Positions 12,229 through 25,520 are shown, counted from the whole stretch's first letter. The stretch is DNA of 63,272 nucleotides, filler included, from Intoshia linei (GCA_001642005.1; 7 parts of 7 records of this genome joined end to end with filler, not necessarily neighbours in it); one strand, 5' to 3'. Made by a program: numbers and translations. Notes: a model not told the origin generated them from the letters alone.

Positions 12229-13062
12229 TTCAGATAAAAGTAAATAAATTTAAAAATATTGTTGAAATCCACAATGATAAAGAGTATTCATTTTCGACTG
12301 CTCTTATACAACATCGTGGAGTTTGACTTTCTAAAAATAAAACGGTACAGTAATATTTTTTTAAAGAATAGAAATAACGAGTATTAACGTTTATTTAAAA
12401 TATTAACAGTTTAGAATTCAAAAACCACAATTTCTAATAAATTAATGAATAATCAGCCATAGACTTTAAAAAAACATAAATTCTGGGAGGTGCTTTAAAT
12501 TCTTTAATGTTGTTGTAAATCAAAGCATCAGAACCTACATCTTCATGGTCAAAACACAAATGACCTGTTTATGTAAAAATATTAAAGTCCTGGAATTTTA
12601 TACAAAATAAATTCTGGGATATTTTTAAAATCATAAGCATCAGCGTAAATCGCAACTTAAAAAATTAATTGTCACTATCAAAACTACATATTACCCTTTC
12701 TTTATGAAATTAAAAGTCAGAATTTTAGACATAATTACAGCTGATACATTTATATCCAGTTAACACACAGAAAAAATTTTACTCCAACAAAGTGATGCCT
12801 TCACGGTTAAGAAAGCGCTTTTGTATTATTTTCTCCTACTTTCTTGATAACTATTTTATTAAATTTAGGTTAACAAAAAGATGAAAAAAGGATTGCCTCA
12901 CCCTTTAAGCCAGTGATTCTTAACCTTTTCATTGTTTACCTTTCATTAATTATTATGTTAATTTTAATAATAATAATATAATATAATATAATAAATTTTA
13001 AAACATAATTGTATTGCCATTATTAGATAGTTGTTGTAGAACAAGCAGCGTTGTCTTGAAAT

Positions 13063-13222
13063 TTACAGGAAACCTGAGCATAAGTCAAAAGTAGAAAAAT
13101 ATTTATGTCCTTTCAAGCTATCAAAGATATGAGCTGATTTTGGAACAAGATACATGTCTCGTTTAGTAATACCGTTTAATTTACGATAATCAACGCAGAA
13201 TCTATCTGTACCATCTTTCTTT
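13063..13222 (-). mobile_element. Ty3/Gypsy reverse transcriptase fragment
   Basis: Translates as KKDGTDRFCVDYRKLNGITKRDMYLVPKSAHIFDSLKGHKYFSTFDLCSGFL*, matching Gypsy RT motifs KKDG..R.CVDYR.LN and YFS..DL.SG. Truncated by a gap. Confidence 0.88.
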
Positions 13223-13322
13223 NNNNNNNNNNNNNNNNNNNNNNNNNNNNNNNNNNNNNNNNNNNNTTAATTAATTAANNNNNNNNNNNNNNNNNNNNNN
13301 NNNNNNNNNNNNNNNNNNNNNN
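13223..13322. other. Assembly gap with synthetic all-frame-stop linker (also 41650-41749, 55289-55388, 56551-56650, 59316-59415, 62087-62186)
   Basis: The identical N44-TTAATTAATTAA-N44 string occurs six times. Confidence 0.97.
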
Positions 13323-13335
13323 TTATAATAAAGTT

Positions 13336-13370
13336 ACAATAAAAACGACATTACTTATGAAACGACCTAA
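13336..13370 (+). mobile_element. Right terminal inverted repeat of a mariner-family element abutting the gap
   Basis: AAAAACGACATTACTTATGAAACGACCTAA|TA resembles the right TIR at 7155-7185. Confidence 0.6.
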
Positions 13371-14089
13371 TATATACAAAAAGTTTTAGTAAATGAAAGT
13401 TATTAATTTTACATTATTACTTTAATTACAATTGTAGTTAAAATATAATTTTTACTTTAAATGATAATGTATGATTAATTAATTGATAATATTCTAAATT
13501 TAGTGTTAAATTTATTTATTCAGTGCAAACTTTATAATTTAATTGCTACGTAAATCAATTGCCATAAACAACAAATCAATTGAAAAAATAAACATTTAGT
13601 TGCTAAAAATATATAAATTAAATGACAGATTAATTTATAGTCCAAAAAAAACACATGATATAAGTATGATATGTAATTATATGTGGAATATAAAATCATT
13701 ATATCATAAATAAATATTTAATTGTTGTATATATTTTTTTAATTTATTAAATTACTCGTAATTATTTAATACGACCAGAATTTTATAAGCAGAATATAGA
13801 CTAATGACCATGCATATGTTGAGTATGTATATTATACGTCACGTGTTAGGTGTTCTTTTTCTAAAAACGGTGGTTTTACCCCCATAGACGGAAAAAAAAT
13901 GTATATATTAACAAAATATTTTTTCGCTATAATTCAATATTGATAAATACACAAGTTAATGTAATATAATATTAAAATATATAAATCATGTAAACGTTAA
14001 CGCCATAAATCACAAATAACTTCAATCAACAATTAACAAATAACAACTTTGTTAATATAATCTTTATATTTATTACAATCCTTTGCAAT

Positions 14090-14606
14090 ATTGGTAAAAT
14101 TCACCTGAAATATGTTTATAAAGTGCTGATTCGGTTAATTATTGATACATTATTGTTATTTTTAAGTATTTATTAAATTGGTACTGAATATATATTATCA
14201 CATTGAAAATGACAAATTAGGTTTTTATAATTTTATTTTTTCTGAAATTTATGCTATTTATGACTATTTTTAGGATTGGACTGTTTTTGCTTTATTTTTA
14301 AATGTTATACACACATTCTGTCTAATAAATTATAAAAATGGGATAACAATTGTTTTTAAAATTCTATAAATATACGCAAATGTTAACAAAAAAAATTAAG
14401 ATAATAATTCACTTTAAAGTAAAAAGTAATGTGATATGATAGTTCCACCTGAAATAAGTTTGGGAATAACATCTTTAAAGTCTTTAAAGGATTGATAATA
14501 GTGAATAGTAGGATTTTTAATTAGATTTTCAACGTGAATTTATTTTTTTGGTAGAATAAAAATGTGCCCTCGGCTGAGCTAGGTGCTGTTTGTACGTAGT
14601 ACATAC
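14090..14606 (+). mobile_element. Helitron-family copy with disrupted 3' terminus
   Basis: Same body as 11849-12228, but after GTTTGTACGTAGTACATA the terminal AACAGTTAACCTAG is replaced by CGTACGTAGTT. Confidence 0.75.
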
Positions 14607-14652
14607 GTACGTAGTTTATATATAACTATATTTAGATGCATTAATTGATAAA

Positions 14653-15925
14653 ATGATTGAAAATAAAACATTATCAATAACAATGGCATCAAACGTAGTG
14701 GCACTATTATTAAGTAAACACCGACATCAATATCAAAATGAAAAATTAAACTCACAAATAAATATACCATTTGTACGTTTAATAGTAGACATACCAAGGA
14801 ATACAAAAAATGCGCATAAAAGGAGCCGAGAAAAAAGTAGCAATTTTTTATTAAACAATATCATTCACAGTGAAAGCTATATCAAAAATAACCAACATAT
14901 TTTAAAAAAAATTCCAGATGATGCGGAAGCGGCCAATATTTTAGTAGGGATAGTAAACTTTTTGGAGGCTCCTTTCCACGCATTTGTGAGATTAGCAAAA
15001 GGTACACAAATGAGTGACCTTACAGAAGTGTCGGTTCCAACGCGGTTTTTCTATCTCTTGTTGGGTCCAGACGATCGATGTCGTTGCTATCATAAAACAG
15101 GTAGAGCCATCTCAACCTTTATGTCAGATGATGTTTTCCATGACATAGCTTACAAGGCGACAAATAAAAATAATATTATGGTTAGAATTGACGAATTTTT
15201 AGATCAATGTACTGTTCTCCCTCCAGGGGAATATGATCCCAATATTAGAATTGAACTTCCTTCAAAGGTTCCAGACCAGAAAGGCCGAAAGGACTATTCG
15301 AGTAATTTATTAGGTAATGGTTCATCGGCGTCTGATGGTGAAATTAAAGATAATACTTTAAAATCTACTCACCGCATATTTTGCGGTTAAGAGATGATTT
15401 TAAAAGAAAAATACCTTTTTATAAAAGCGATTTCAATAATGCTATTTATATTCAAACAGATTCTACAATTTTCTTTATGTACTTTGCTTGTCTTACTCCA
15501 GCAATCACTTTTGGAGGTTTGTTAAAGAAGGACACTCATTATATCGGAATTATTGAATGTTTATCGGGTGTGTCTGTTTGTGGAGTTTTTTATCATTTTT
15601 TTGCCGGCCAACCTCTCACCATAATAAACAATACTGGACCGGTTTTAATTATGTTTATGTTGACAAAATACCAACCAGATTATATGTGGCTTCGTCACGT
15701 CCCATTAAAACGTGTCTACCTATTTTCAATTTTACAAATTATGTTTTATCTTATTATGGATAATAAAAAAAATTAAAATTATTTCTATTGCTTTTCCTCT
15801 CATGATTTTTGCAATTTGTTTCATTCGAAAATTATTTGATTTTATATTTTCACAACATGAATTAACATGGCTGGATAATAAGTTGCCAGAATTTTACAAA
15901 AAAAAAAGATGATGACAAAAAAGGT
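14653..15925 (+). pseudogene. SLC4 bicarbonate transporter pseudogene (intronless, frameshifted, internally deleted)
   Basis: Motifs LLSKHRHQ, KKIPDDAEAANILVG, LTEVSVPTRFFYLLLGP, DEFLDQCTVLPPGEYDPNIRIE, FMYFACLTPAITFGGLL and AGQPLTI..TGPVLI join directly to the late-TM segment KYQPDYMWLRHVPLKRV, then FSQHELTWLD. Frameshifts near 15387 and 15740. Confidence 0.88.
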
Positions 15926-17457
15926 ATATCCAACGATCCCATAAAAAATATTGTCGTGTCGCATGAAGATAACGACGCATGGTAGTAACATTTCGTTTTT
16001 TTGTCAAAAATTATTCTGCATTTTCGTGTATTCCTCCTTCTTCCACTACCCTACACATCTTACCTAACCCATGTCTACGGTTGCAATCTCTTAATCTAAT
16101 CTTGTTCTTTAATATCCAGTATTTTCATTTCTCTGAAAAATTTGACAGGTAAGGATCCGAACCGAGTACCTCTCGAGTATGCAATTATGTACTCCATAGT
16201 AATTGCAAAACTAATTTTTTTGTCATTATATTTTGAAATTTAAATCAATATAGATTAAGAGCAACATCTTTATTAATTATGTGTTAAACTAATTTTTTAA
16301 TTGAAAAGTTGATTAAATATGATAATCATGAACTTTATTGTATATTTTTCTAAATTATATGTTTTATAGTTTACATTAACAACCATTGTCATTATAAGTC
16401 AAAACTCTAAACCACTTAAATATTTACAATATCATATTAGCTATAACTGACTGAAAACATTTTCTGGCATAAACACCATAAATTTTGTTTTTTTTTAATA
16501 TATGTTGGTTCTGCAGATTTTCATTCTTAACTTGGGTTTGTAAAGGCAACTTCCATCTTGAATTGATTTAAATTTTTTTTCATTATAAATTGAAATCAAG
16601 AGATTTTGAAAAATATTCTAATAAATTAAGTGTCAAACTAATTTTTTAATTGAAAAGTTTATTAACATGTAAATGAGATTATCATTAACTTTATACTAAA
16701 ATGTATATTTTCGGATTTCAATGGAAAAAGATAAATACAAAATGTTAATTCGGTTTACTGTAAACCGAAACTGTTGATTTAAATTTTACATCATCCACCA
16801 TCAGTAGTATAAACTCTTGACCACGTAAATGTATGCGTATACTAAGCAGCTGTGTAATTAGCTATAAGTGTGTGGAAAAACATTTTCTGATGTAAACATC
16901 ATCGCATATTTTGTAATATTAACCATTTTAATTTGGTGCAGTAATGCTGTACAAACTTTAAAGAATAAAAATGAAATCTAAGTTAATTTTTTTAATCTAT
17001 CACTATTTACAGAAGTTTTTGATCCATCTATTACATTTTTTATGGTATAATTGTTCACATTTCTTTTTAAAATAACGTAAACTATATCACTGAAATGTAA
17101 ATCAAATGGTCGTTTTTTTGTTTTTACATTGGTATCAAAATCTTTTCGGAGTCTTACTNATGTTGAGTATGTACATCATACGTCACGTGTTAGGTGTTCT
17201 TCTTTTTTTAAAAACGGTGGTTTTACCCCCATAAACAAAAAAAATGTATATATTAAAAAAATATTTTTTCGCCTTAATTCAATATTGATAAATACACAAG
17301 TTAATGTAATATAATATTAAATAAATCATGTGAACGTTAACGCCATAAATCACAAATAAGTAATAATGTTCAAGCCTAATATCTTAATATATTTTGATTT
17401 TCCTATTCTTATTCCTAATATTTTTAATATCTTAGCTACCAGAACCGGCGGTTATAT

Positions 17458-20400
17458 ATGGCTCTTTTTAATCGTGAAGGTGAGTTTTATTTGATGTGAT
17501 ATACCAATGTTAGGTGTTTTTCAAAATACGCACCGTGTAATTAAAGGATATCATATAATTATAACATTATTATGATTTATATGGATTTGAAATTTATATT
17601 TGGTGTCAATAAAAAGTTTTAAAATCTAGATTCTAGACTTAGTTAAGAAATATTGTAATAATTTATTAATATCCGTTTTGAAACAATTTTTTTTAAAGTG
17701 TTGGTAAAATTCGATTTTTATCAAAATTAAATTATAGAAAATGTATATTTTAAAAAATTAAACAATACATTTATTTGATAAATTACGATAAATTGCAAGC
17801 AGTAGGGTCGATATTAAAAAAGTTTACTTAATGTACTCTTTTAGGAGAAAGCGAACCAGACAAACCAATTGTAGCCGTTTTAGGAAGAAGTCATGTAAAT
17901 AATTTATATTACAAAATATTATAGTCACAAATCGACAACGTCCATAAATTGGTATAATAATGTAGATATCAGAGGTTAACATGATAAGATAATGTAACAT
18001 GGATACATTTTTCTGGGTATGGGTAGCATAAACTCTGAAACCCTAAAAAATATTTAAGCGAACATCCATTAAATTTTATTCTAATACAATCAATTGCAAT
18101 TACAATTATAAAATTATATTATAAAATGAAAAAGTTTATGCATTTTTATTATTACCAATTATTTATAAGATGATAAACTTATCATTGATAAATTAAATTA
18201 AAGATAAACAAAAAAGATTAAAAAAATGAGTTTATAATATAAACTAAGGTTGGTAATCGAAATAATTTATTACTAAGTTAAATTATATAAATTATAGCGA
18301 TTAAATCCGTTGTGATATCTAAAAAAAATTTGATAAATTTCTACCGTAATTTGGTAACCCCAGTATAAACTGAACCATTATTTTAAACCGGAGGTAATAA
18401 AGTGAGGAACATTTACTGTTCGAAGGCCACACTAACGTCCCAAAAAAGTTTAATAAGGCCGCACCTTTCTAAATAATATTCTTTAATCAAATACAGCAAT
18501 GCTTCTCATGGAGTGACTGGTCACCCCAAGGGGTGAATAATTTTATTAAGAGGTTAATACGAAAAATTTAGATGATTGGGGAAAATAATAAATTTATAGC
18601 ATATATTATTCAATTTAGTAAAATCTTATGAAAAAAATGAAAATTTTACCAACCCTTACATACATTAACTATAATGAAAAATGTATTTATGTTAAGCTGT
18701 TAATTTTGCTCAAATTTGGAAAAAAACCACTTTCACCAACCCTTAAGGGAAAAACCCACTTTTACCAATTCCATTTCATCAAAAATGTATACATAAAAGT
18801 ATTTTAAAAATAATATAATAAATAAAATAATTTTAAATAAAAAATAACTCAAATTTTTGAAGGCCGCATCAAATCATCAATAAGGTCGCACTTTCCCCAC
18901 TTGCGGTTTATATTGATAACAATAACAGAAATATTAATTTGAATATAAATATTAAGTATACAATTAGATATATGTGACATGGAAACCACCAGAATATTTA
19001 AATGGAAAATTGTTTAGATATGAACTTTATATGAACAATGTATTAATCTATTGTGGTTGTGAATTATTTTATGATATTCATAATTTAACTCCAAATACTG
19101 AATACAATTTTAAAGTAATCATTTCAAAATATAGATATAAATAAATATTCATTAAAAATAGAGAATATTCTTAAACTCAACCATTTTTACTAAAAATCCA
19201 CTTTTATCAACCCTAAAACGAAAAATCCAGTTCTTCCAGACCCTACAAGGAAAAATGTTTTTTTACCAACCCTTAAGTGAAAATTCCAATTTTATCAATC
19301 CTAAAATGGAAAAATCAGTTTTATCAACTCTTTAGGGAAAATTCCACTTTTACCAAACCTTAAAGGAAAAAAAGAATTTTCCTAAAGGATTGGTAAATTT
19401 TGATTTTTAGTATAAATGGTTGGATTTAACTAGACACATTTAAAAATGTAATGAGTAATAATATTTTAATTTTCAGATATCCGTTTTAACTAGTCGTGGA
19501 AGGTTTAACGGAAAGCCTAGTATGAAAAGAACGCTTAAGAATGAATATGGTTTCAATATTTCAATATTTTTTAATACAAGATTAGAAAACACTAAACGTT
19601 CAATATCTTTTTTTCGTAGAAATACCATCGCTGAAATTCCTAATCAAAAAAGAAATAAATGCAGTTTAGATCCAAAATTTATTTTACCTTTAGATCATGA
19701 TTTAAAAACAAAATGTAATTTATATATTATTAATTTAGTAGTAAATGTCTAATGATGATTTTTTATAATTTTTTTTAAATGTCAATTTAAAATAATTACA
19801 TTATCACTTTTTAGGTAAAAGCGATGAATCCTCGCTAAAAATAACTAAAAGTCTTAAATATGGAAACGTTAAGAGTAAAACATTTGTGCAAGACAACAAA
19901 CATCTTAATGACAAACTAAATAAAGGTTTGTTAATATTATATAGTAATCATCAAGTATAATGAAGATGGTCAATGACCATTGGTAATGTTCAATTTCACG
20001 CCATTTATTATTCTACAATATTTAATTGATAATTTAATAGTCATCAATATTTAAAATTAAAGGTCCAGTAGATGAAATTATAAACCCTTTAGAATTAAAT
20101 CATTCGATATTACTATATCATTTTTAAATGGTTCCCTGGCTACCCAAAAGGAATACCCGTAATATCTTTTAAATCAGAACAAAAGAATAAATGTTTTATT
20201 TTTAATTCACTATATTTTAGATAATATTAAAATACAACCAAAACTATTTATTCCCAATTTTAACCAAAAAAACGATTTTAAATATAGAAATAAAATAAAA
20301 AATCGAATAATAATCAACAATTTGCTTTCCAATACATATAAAAATTGCAAATTAAGCTTATACAATAATTGTATAAAACCATTATTATCAAAAAATGAAG

Positions 20401-21194
20401 AAAAACGAATAAACACAATATTAAACAAGGGTAGATTAAAAGATTCCAAAAAAAATAAAATTTACAACTATGATGAAATCAATGAATATAAAAATAAAAT
20501 AATACACGATTATAAAAACAACGGTATTCTGAAGGCTCCCATTAAAAGATCAAACACTTTTTGGATTAGGTTTATTAAATTTTAATATTCGACTAAGTTT
20601 TAATAGAATTTTGTAAATTTATATACATTTATTTCTAAAAATTTTAGAAAGGAATCTACCAGTTCAAAAACCTCAAACATATCAAATTGCAAGTTATCTT
20701 TAAATAGTACGTCAAATAGCATGCCTACAATAAGAAAAGATGATTATGGGTTAATTTTATTAAATGGAAAATTAACATTTAAATCAAAGACAAAAAAAGA
20801 GCAAACTATAGCTTACAATAATTATATATGTTTAAATAAGCTCAAAAATCTGAATTATATTTACAAAAATAATAAAACGAATAAATACATTCCATTCAAA
20901 AAATATAAATTCAAAAAGTGTGAATTACCTGAATTTCAAGATATGAAAGTAAGTAAATGTAGACAGAAATCTTATGTACAACAATTTCATAACAGATTTA
21001 TTGATAATTCCAGAATGGAAGACTTGGAAACTAAAGATTTCTCCCGTGTTGATGTTTTAAGTCTTAATTTGCCAAAATTAAATAAAAATAAATCTAAATC
21101 CAAGGATATTCAGAAAAAATATGCTACCAATGTATATATTAGCATACCTAATTCAGTACAAAACAAAAAATGCATGCATTGTTATTTAAAATAA
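17458..21194 (+). CDS. Uncharacterised protein with one N-terminal fibronectin type III domain and a long K/N-rich tail
   Basis: Seven phase-consistent exons: 17458-17479, 17845-17894, 18968-19114, 19477-19714, 19815-19925, 20221-20569, 20648-21194. FN3 signature PDKP...IYVTWKPPEYLNGKLFRYELY...HNLTPNTEYNFKISVLTSRG. Confidence 0.75.
18389..18905. mobile_element. hAT-like MITE (second copy at 40744-41101)
   Basis: Both copies share CGAAGGC.CACTAACGTCCC...AATAAGGCCGCACCTTTCT. The second copy has termini CAGAGGTAGGGAA / TTCCCACTTCTG. Confidence 0.6.
19165..19437. repeat. Foldback-like element with internal ~29-bp tandem units (inverted copy at 31072-31234)
   Basis: Inverted termini TTAAACTCAACCATTTTTACTAAAAATC / GATTTTTAGTATAAATGGTTGGATTTAA enclose repeats of CACTTTTACCAACCCTTAAGGGAAAAA. 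Confidence 0.65.
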
Positions 21195-21729
21195 ATATTA
21201 CATGGTTTATTTAATATTAGAAACACCGTTTTTAAATTAAGGGTATGGCTTAACCGCATTTAGGTATATTCAAGGTATGACGTGTTTTTTAAATCTAACG
21301 CCAATAAATACAATAGTATTCAATTTGATTCTAATCAGGAGGTGCAACTATCAATATATAGATGAACGAAATTATGAAAATTTTGGGTCTTAGTCGCCCA
21401 TGAGTTTAAAAACATTGAGGCACCCTGCGATATCGTTATGATTACATAAAAAATTAGTGGTGTTTAGGTAATTACTAAAAATTAATTTCTAATAATTAAT
21501 TTAAATTAAAGTCTGTAAATAGGTAGTGTCTATTACGATTCTTAACTTTTTTTAGACGTCACCCTAACAAAAAAATTTAAAAGTTTGCACCCTTAATTAA
21601 CGTTTAATTATTTATTAATTAATACAATATATTAAGTGCTCTAATGTGGGTCCACAGAAAAAATATAATATTTCAACGTTTCATAGAAATTATCCAACCG
21701 TATCCTATATAAACTAAAATATAAGCTGA

Positions 21730-22810
21730 CTAGCTTGACTGTTTTGTACTACGTACAAAAAGCACCTAGCTCTACCGAAGACACATTTTTATTATACCAA
21801 AAGAATCAATTCACTTTGAAAATATAACTTAAAAATCCTACTATTTACTATTATCAATCCTATAAAGGAGTGGTTCCCAAATTTGTTTCAAATGAAACCA
21901 TCATATCATATTACTTTTAACTTTAAACTGAATTATACCATCTTAATTTTTTGTTTGTTAAAATTTGCGTAAAGAATTTTAAAAACAATTGTTATCCCAT
22001 TTTTTTAATTTATTGGACAGAATGTGTTTATAATATTAAAAATAAAGTAAAAACAGTCCAATCCAACAAATATTCATAAATAGCATAAATTCCAGAAAAA
22101 ATAAAATTATAAAAACCTATTTTGTCATTTTGAGTGTGATGATATTATTCAGACCAATTTAATAAATACTTAAAAATACCAATTGTGTATCAATAATCAA
22201 CTGAATCTTCAATTTATAAACATTTCAGTCGAATTTTACCATTATTGCAATAGATTGTAATATATAAATGATATTAATAAAGTTTTTTTAGTTTCGTTGT
22301 TTAGTTTCTTATTTAAATCTGAAGGTTTTATATTGTTAATTTGTTCATAAAAATATTTTGAAAATGAAAATTTGAAATTTAAAAATTGCGTAGCAATAAA
22401 AAAAATTTCTAAGGAATGAATTATATAGATTTTCACCCATATGTCTTTATTGGAAATGTGTAGAGGTTCAATACATATTTTTTTAAATTGTAGGATCAAT
22501 ATTTACATTTTTTATTTTAATCGAAATATTTGAAAAATATTGGTTGATAATATATTAAAAATTATTTTTGATTGGGAATGCGTAGATTTCTGGGGTTGAA
22601 ATTTTGTATTTATATTACTAGAATAAGCTCTATCAGACTAATGCTTTTATAATTTTCGGATCGTTAATTATTTCACATTTTTTGTTTTAATAAAATATTT
22701 CCGAAAAAAAATATATGAATACTAAAATGCTTTTTTGACCGTTATTCGAATTGAAATTTTTTGTGTGTTAAGAGGATACAACTCTACCACCTGTAAATTT
22801 TTTGAAATTC
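21730..22810 (-). mobile_element. Helitron-family copy (3' end intact, 5' truncated)
   Basis: CTAG|T end and hairpin at 21730-21770. Internal segments match both the 11849 body and the 41750 body. Confidence 0.75.
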
Positions 22811-23160
22811 TATTTTGTAAAAATGGTTAGATTTAAGTAGAGCCGAAAATTTTAATATGTATTAAAAATTACATAAAATATACACCAAATACCACAGTAA
22901 TAAAATGAATATTTAAAAATATTTTTGAATAAAGTTAGATAAGAATAAACTTATATTTTAAACAATATGGATTACAAATTAGTGGAAAAGGTAGGCACCG
23001 AAAGGATAATCGTAATTTTAAAATGTATACCAATCTAATAACCATTATAAAGTACAGTGCGTTATAAAATTTTGCATACGCACCATTTCTGATGAAGAAA
23101 GTATAATAATGCTTAGGATATTTTTTGCGTATGGACTTTTGCAACCAACTGGATATACTA

Positions 23161-23574
23161 GGGGTGTTCCAAAATTTTAAAAGTGCAGGATCGTGGAAAG
23201 TAGAATAATTAATCAAAAATGACAATACAAAAAAAATTAAAATATAACTTTATTTAATGGAATGTGCTAGCTATGATTTGAATGGTTTTGAGTTGAGCAC
23301 CATATTTGAGTATTAACAAAATGCATAACCAAGCATAACAATCAACACAAAACCACAAAAATTTTAGATACAGTATCTCATCATAACATTTTAGTAAATA
23401 GAGTTATATTTTTGTTTTATAGAACACTTTTATATGAAATTTTTAAAATGACACGCGTCTTCGCAAAAAGTTATCTAAAATCATTTTTTTTCAGTCTATT
23501 CATAAAACTGATACGCTACTTTATCCGTTCCTACACTATAAAATTTCCAAAAAAAGTACTAAAATTCACACCCC
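23161..23574. mobile_element. MITE with GGGGTG termini (shorter inverted copy at 24392-24572)
   Basis: TA|GGGGTG...CACCCC|TA. An internal segment (CAGTCTATTCATAAAACTGATACGCTACTTTATCCGTTCCT) has a diverged reverse-complement match in the second copy. Confidence 0.6.
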
Positions 23575-23594
23575 TATTATTCTATGGTATAGTG

Positions 23595-23708
23595 CAGTGA
23601 TTCGCAACCTGGTCCACAGAGAATTTCTGCTGGTTCATAAAAAAAATTAGGGGTCATAATTAAGCTTAGAATAGCATGGTCCTCAACGAAAAAGGTTGAG
23701 AAACACTG
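23595..23708. mobile_element. hAT/Charlie-like MITE (similar elements at 33711-33832 and 42717-42960)
   Basis: CAGTGATTCGCAACCT ... AGGTTGAGAAACACTG with an imperfect 8-bp TSD. The 33711 copy has TSD TTTTAAAC/GTTTAAAC. Confidence 0.65.
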
Positions 23709-23742
23709 ATATAATGGTTTACATATTTACAGGGGTTTTTAG

Positions 23743-24226
23743 AATTCTGAAGTTGAATATTTAAATGATGTGTCTGATAAGAATAAAAAGTTTCAATATG
23801 CATATAATCTTATACGAAGTAAATATCGTGATGATATTCGAAAAGGAATAAATATCTTTAAAGAATTATTTAACGAAATAACAGACGACACTTGTCGAAG
23901 GGATTATCTATATTATTCAGCTATGGGACATTACTTTTTGAAAGATTATGAAATGGCATTTAAACAAATTGATGGTATATTACAAGTTGAACCTGATAAT
24001 GAACAAGTTAAAAATTTTAAAAAGGATGTTGAATCAAAATTGAAGAGGGGTAACATTTTCCTAGTCATTAATGTAAAACCCTTACTTACATGAATAGGAA
24101 ACATTTCAATAATTAATTTTATTTTTAGATGCTGCAATAGGAATTGCAACGTTAGGTGGAGCTATAGTTGTCGGTTTATCCAGTGTTATCACAGCGGCTG
24201 TTTTATATTTCGGCCGTAGACGTTGA
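23743..24226 (+). CDS. FIS1: Mitochondrial fission 1 protein (exons 23743-24049 and 24129-24226; first exon not located)
   Basis: FQYAYNLIRSKYRDDIRKGI, RRDYLYYSAMGHYFLKDY and LQVEPDNEQ TPR-like motifs; C-terminal TM tail DAAIGIATLGGAIVVGLSSVITAAVLYFGRRR*. Confidence 0.92.
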
Positions 24227-25520
24227 TTTAATCACAGTATTTTAAAATCTTTAAAATTGTAAGAAATGTCAAAATTTGGTGTAATTTCAATATTTCACCC
24301 TAAAATTTTATTTTATTTTTAAATAAAATTTAATTTATTTTCAAAACATCTTATCGTTTTAATTTACATTTTTTAAACTGCATGTACATTAGGGTGTGAA
24401 TTTTAGTAGTTTTTTTTAAAATTTTATGGTGCAGGAACGGATAAAGTCGCGTATGACAGTTTGATGGCTACACTGAAAAAATGATTTTGTAGAAGATTTT
24501 TGTATTGTCATTTTTGATTAATTACTCATTTTTCCAATCCAGCACCTAATTTTTAAAATTTTGTCACACCCCTAATGTACATTAGGGTGATTCAAAATTA
24601 TCAACTTCGGAATTTTTTATGGCTCACCCTCCCAAAAGCTTCGATTTGTTACCAAAATACCTTGTGTAAAATATTTTTGAAAAATATTAATTTTTAGGGG
24701 TCGCCCAAGGCCCCCCAAATTTTAAAATTTTGGACGAAAAAGTGTATATTTAAAATAGCCGTATTTTAAAAACCGTTTATGCAAACAAATGTTGGTATTC
24801 TTTTTTATTAGTATAACGAGCACTATTGTTTGGTTTATTTCTCCGAATATGAAATCGAGCCGAGCTGAAATAAAACCGAGCTGAATATGATATGGTTTCG
24901 AAAATTGATATTTTTAATTTTCTGATTTTAAAATTTTTGTCTATTATTTAGCGTTTTGGTAAAATTATGACTGAAAAATATCTGTAAATAAGAATCCATT
25001 TTACCACCAGGTGATAGTCAAGCAGTCAACACAAATTATGTATACAACAAGCCAGTATGGTAGGCTACCGCCTACCGGTACTGTCTATATTGATATAACT
25101 GACAGCTTATTTTTAGTAACATGTAGGAGAGTATTTCTAGTAACATAGTCCTTGCCCCAATAGAAAAAAATCTGAGAAACCTAAACTAAAGTTATATCAA
25201 GGACGGTCGTCAAGGTTCTTGTTTAATTGGTAAATTTACAAAAATTATGTCCGTTACAAATATCAACAATCGTAATATAATTGTATATTATCTCAGATTC
25301 TTAATATTTATTGATTTCAATCCATGCTGGTTTTAAAAAAAGACCGTAATAGCCTTCATAAAAATTATCTAAACCAGAAAAAAAGACATGGCAGAAATAG
25401 TCTACTCTAATTAAGATTTCTTACAAAATAAGGTTAAATTTATGGCATGATTACATAATTTATCAGAAATGTGAACCAATAAACTATATATTATAATATA
25501 GCAACAATTGTATTTTCAGT

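Noticed and set aside
13267-13278. Recurrent TTAATTAATTAA palindrome between N runs
   Set aside because: It has identical spacing in all six gaps and stops in all frames, so it is a scaffolding linker rather than biology.
19165-19437. ~29-bp periodic repeats as a CRISPR-like array
   Set aside because: They are degenerate tandem units with no unique spacers, in a eukaryotic intron, with no cas genes.
22242-23600. Short F/I/K-rich ORFs in the track (also 774-1022, 32084-32293, 42606-42839, 47185-47370)
   Set aside because: They are chance ORFs in AT-rich repeats or introns, with no recognisable motifs.
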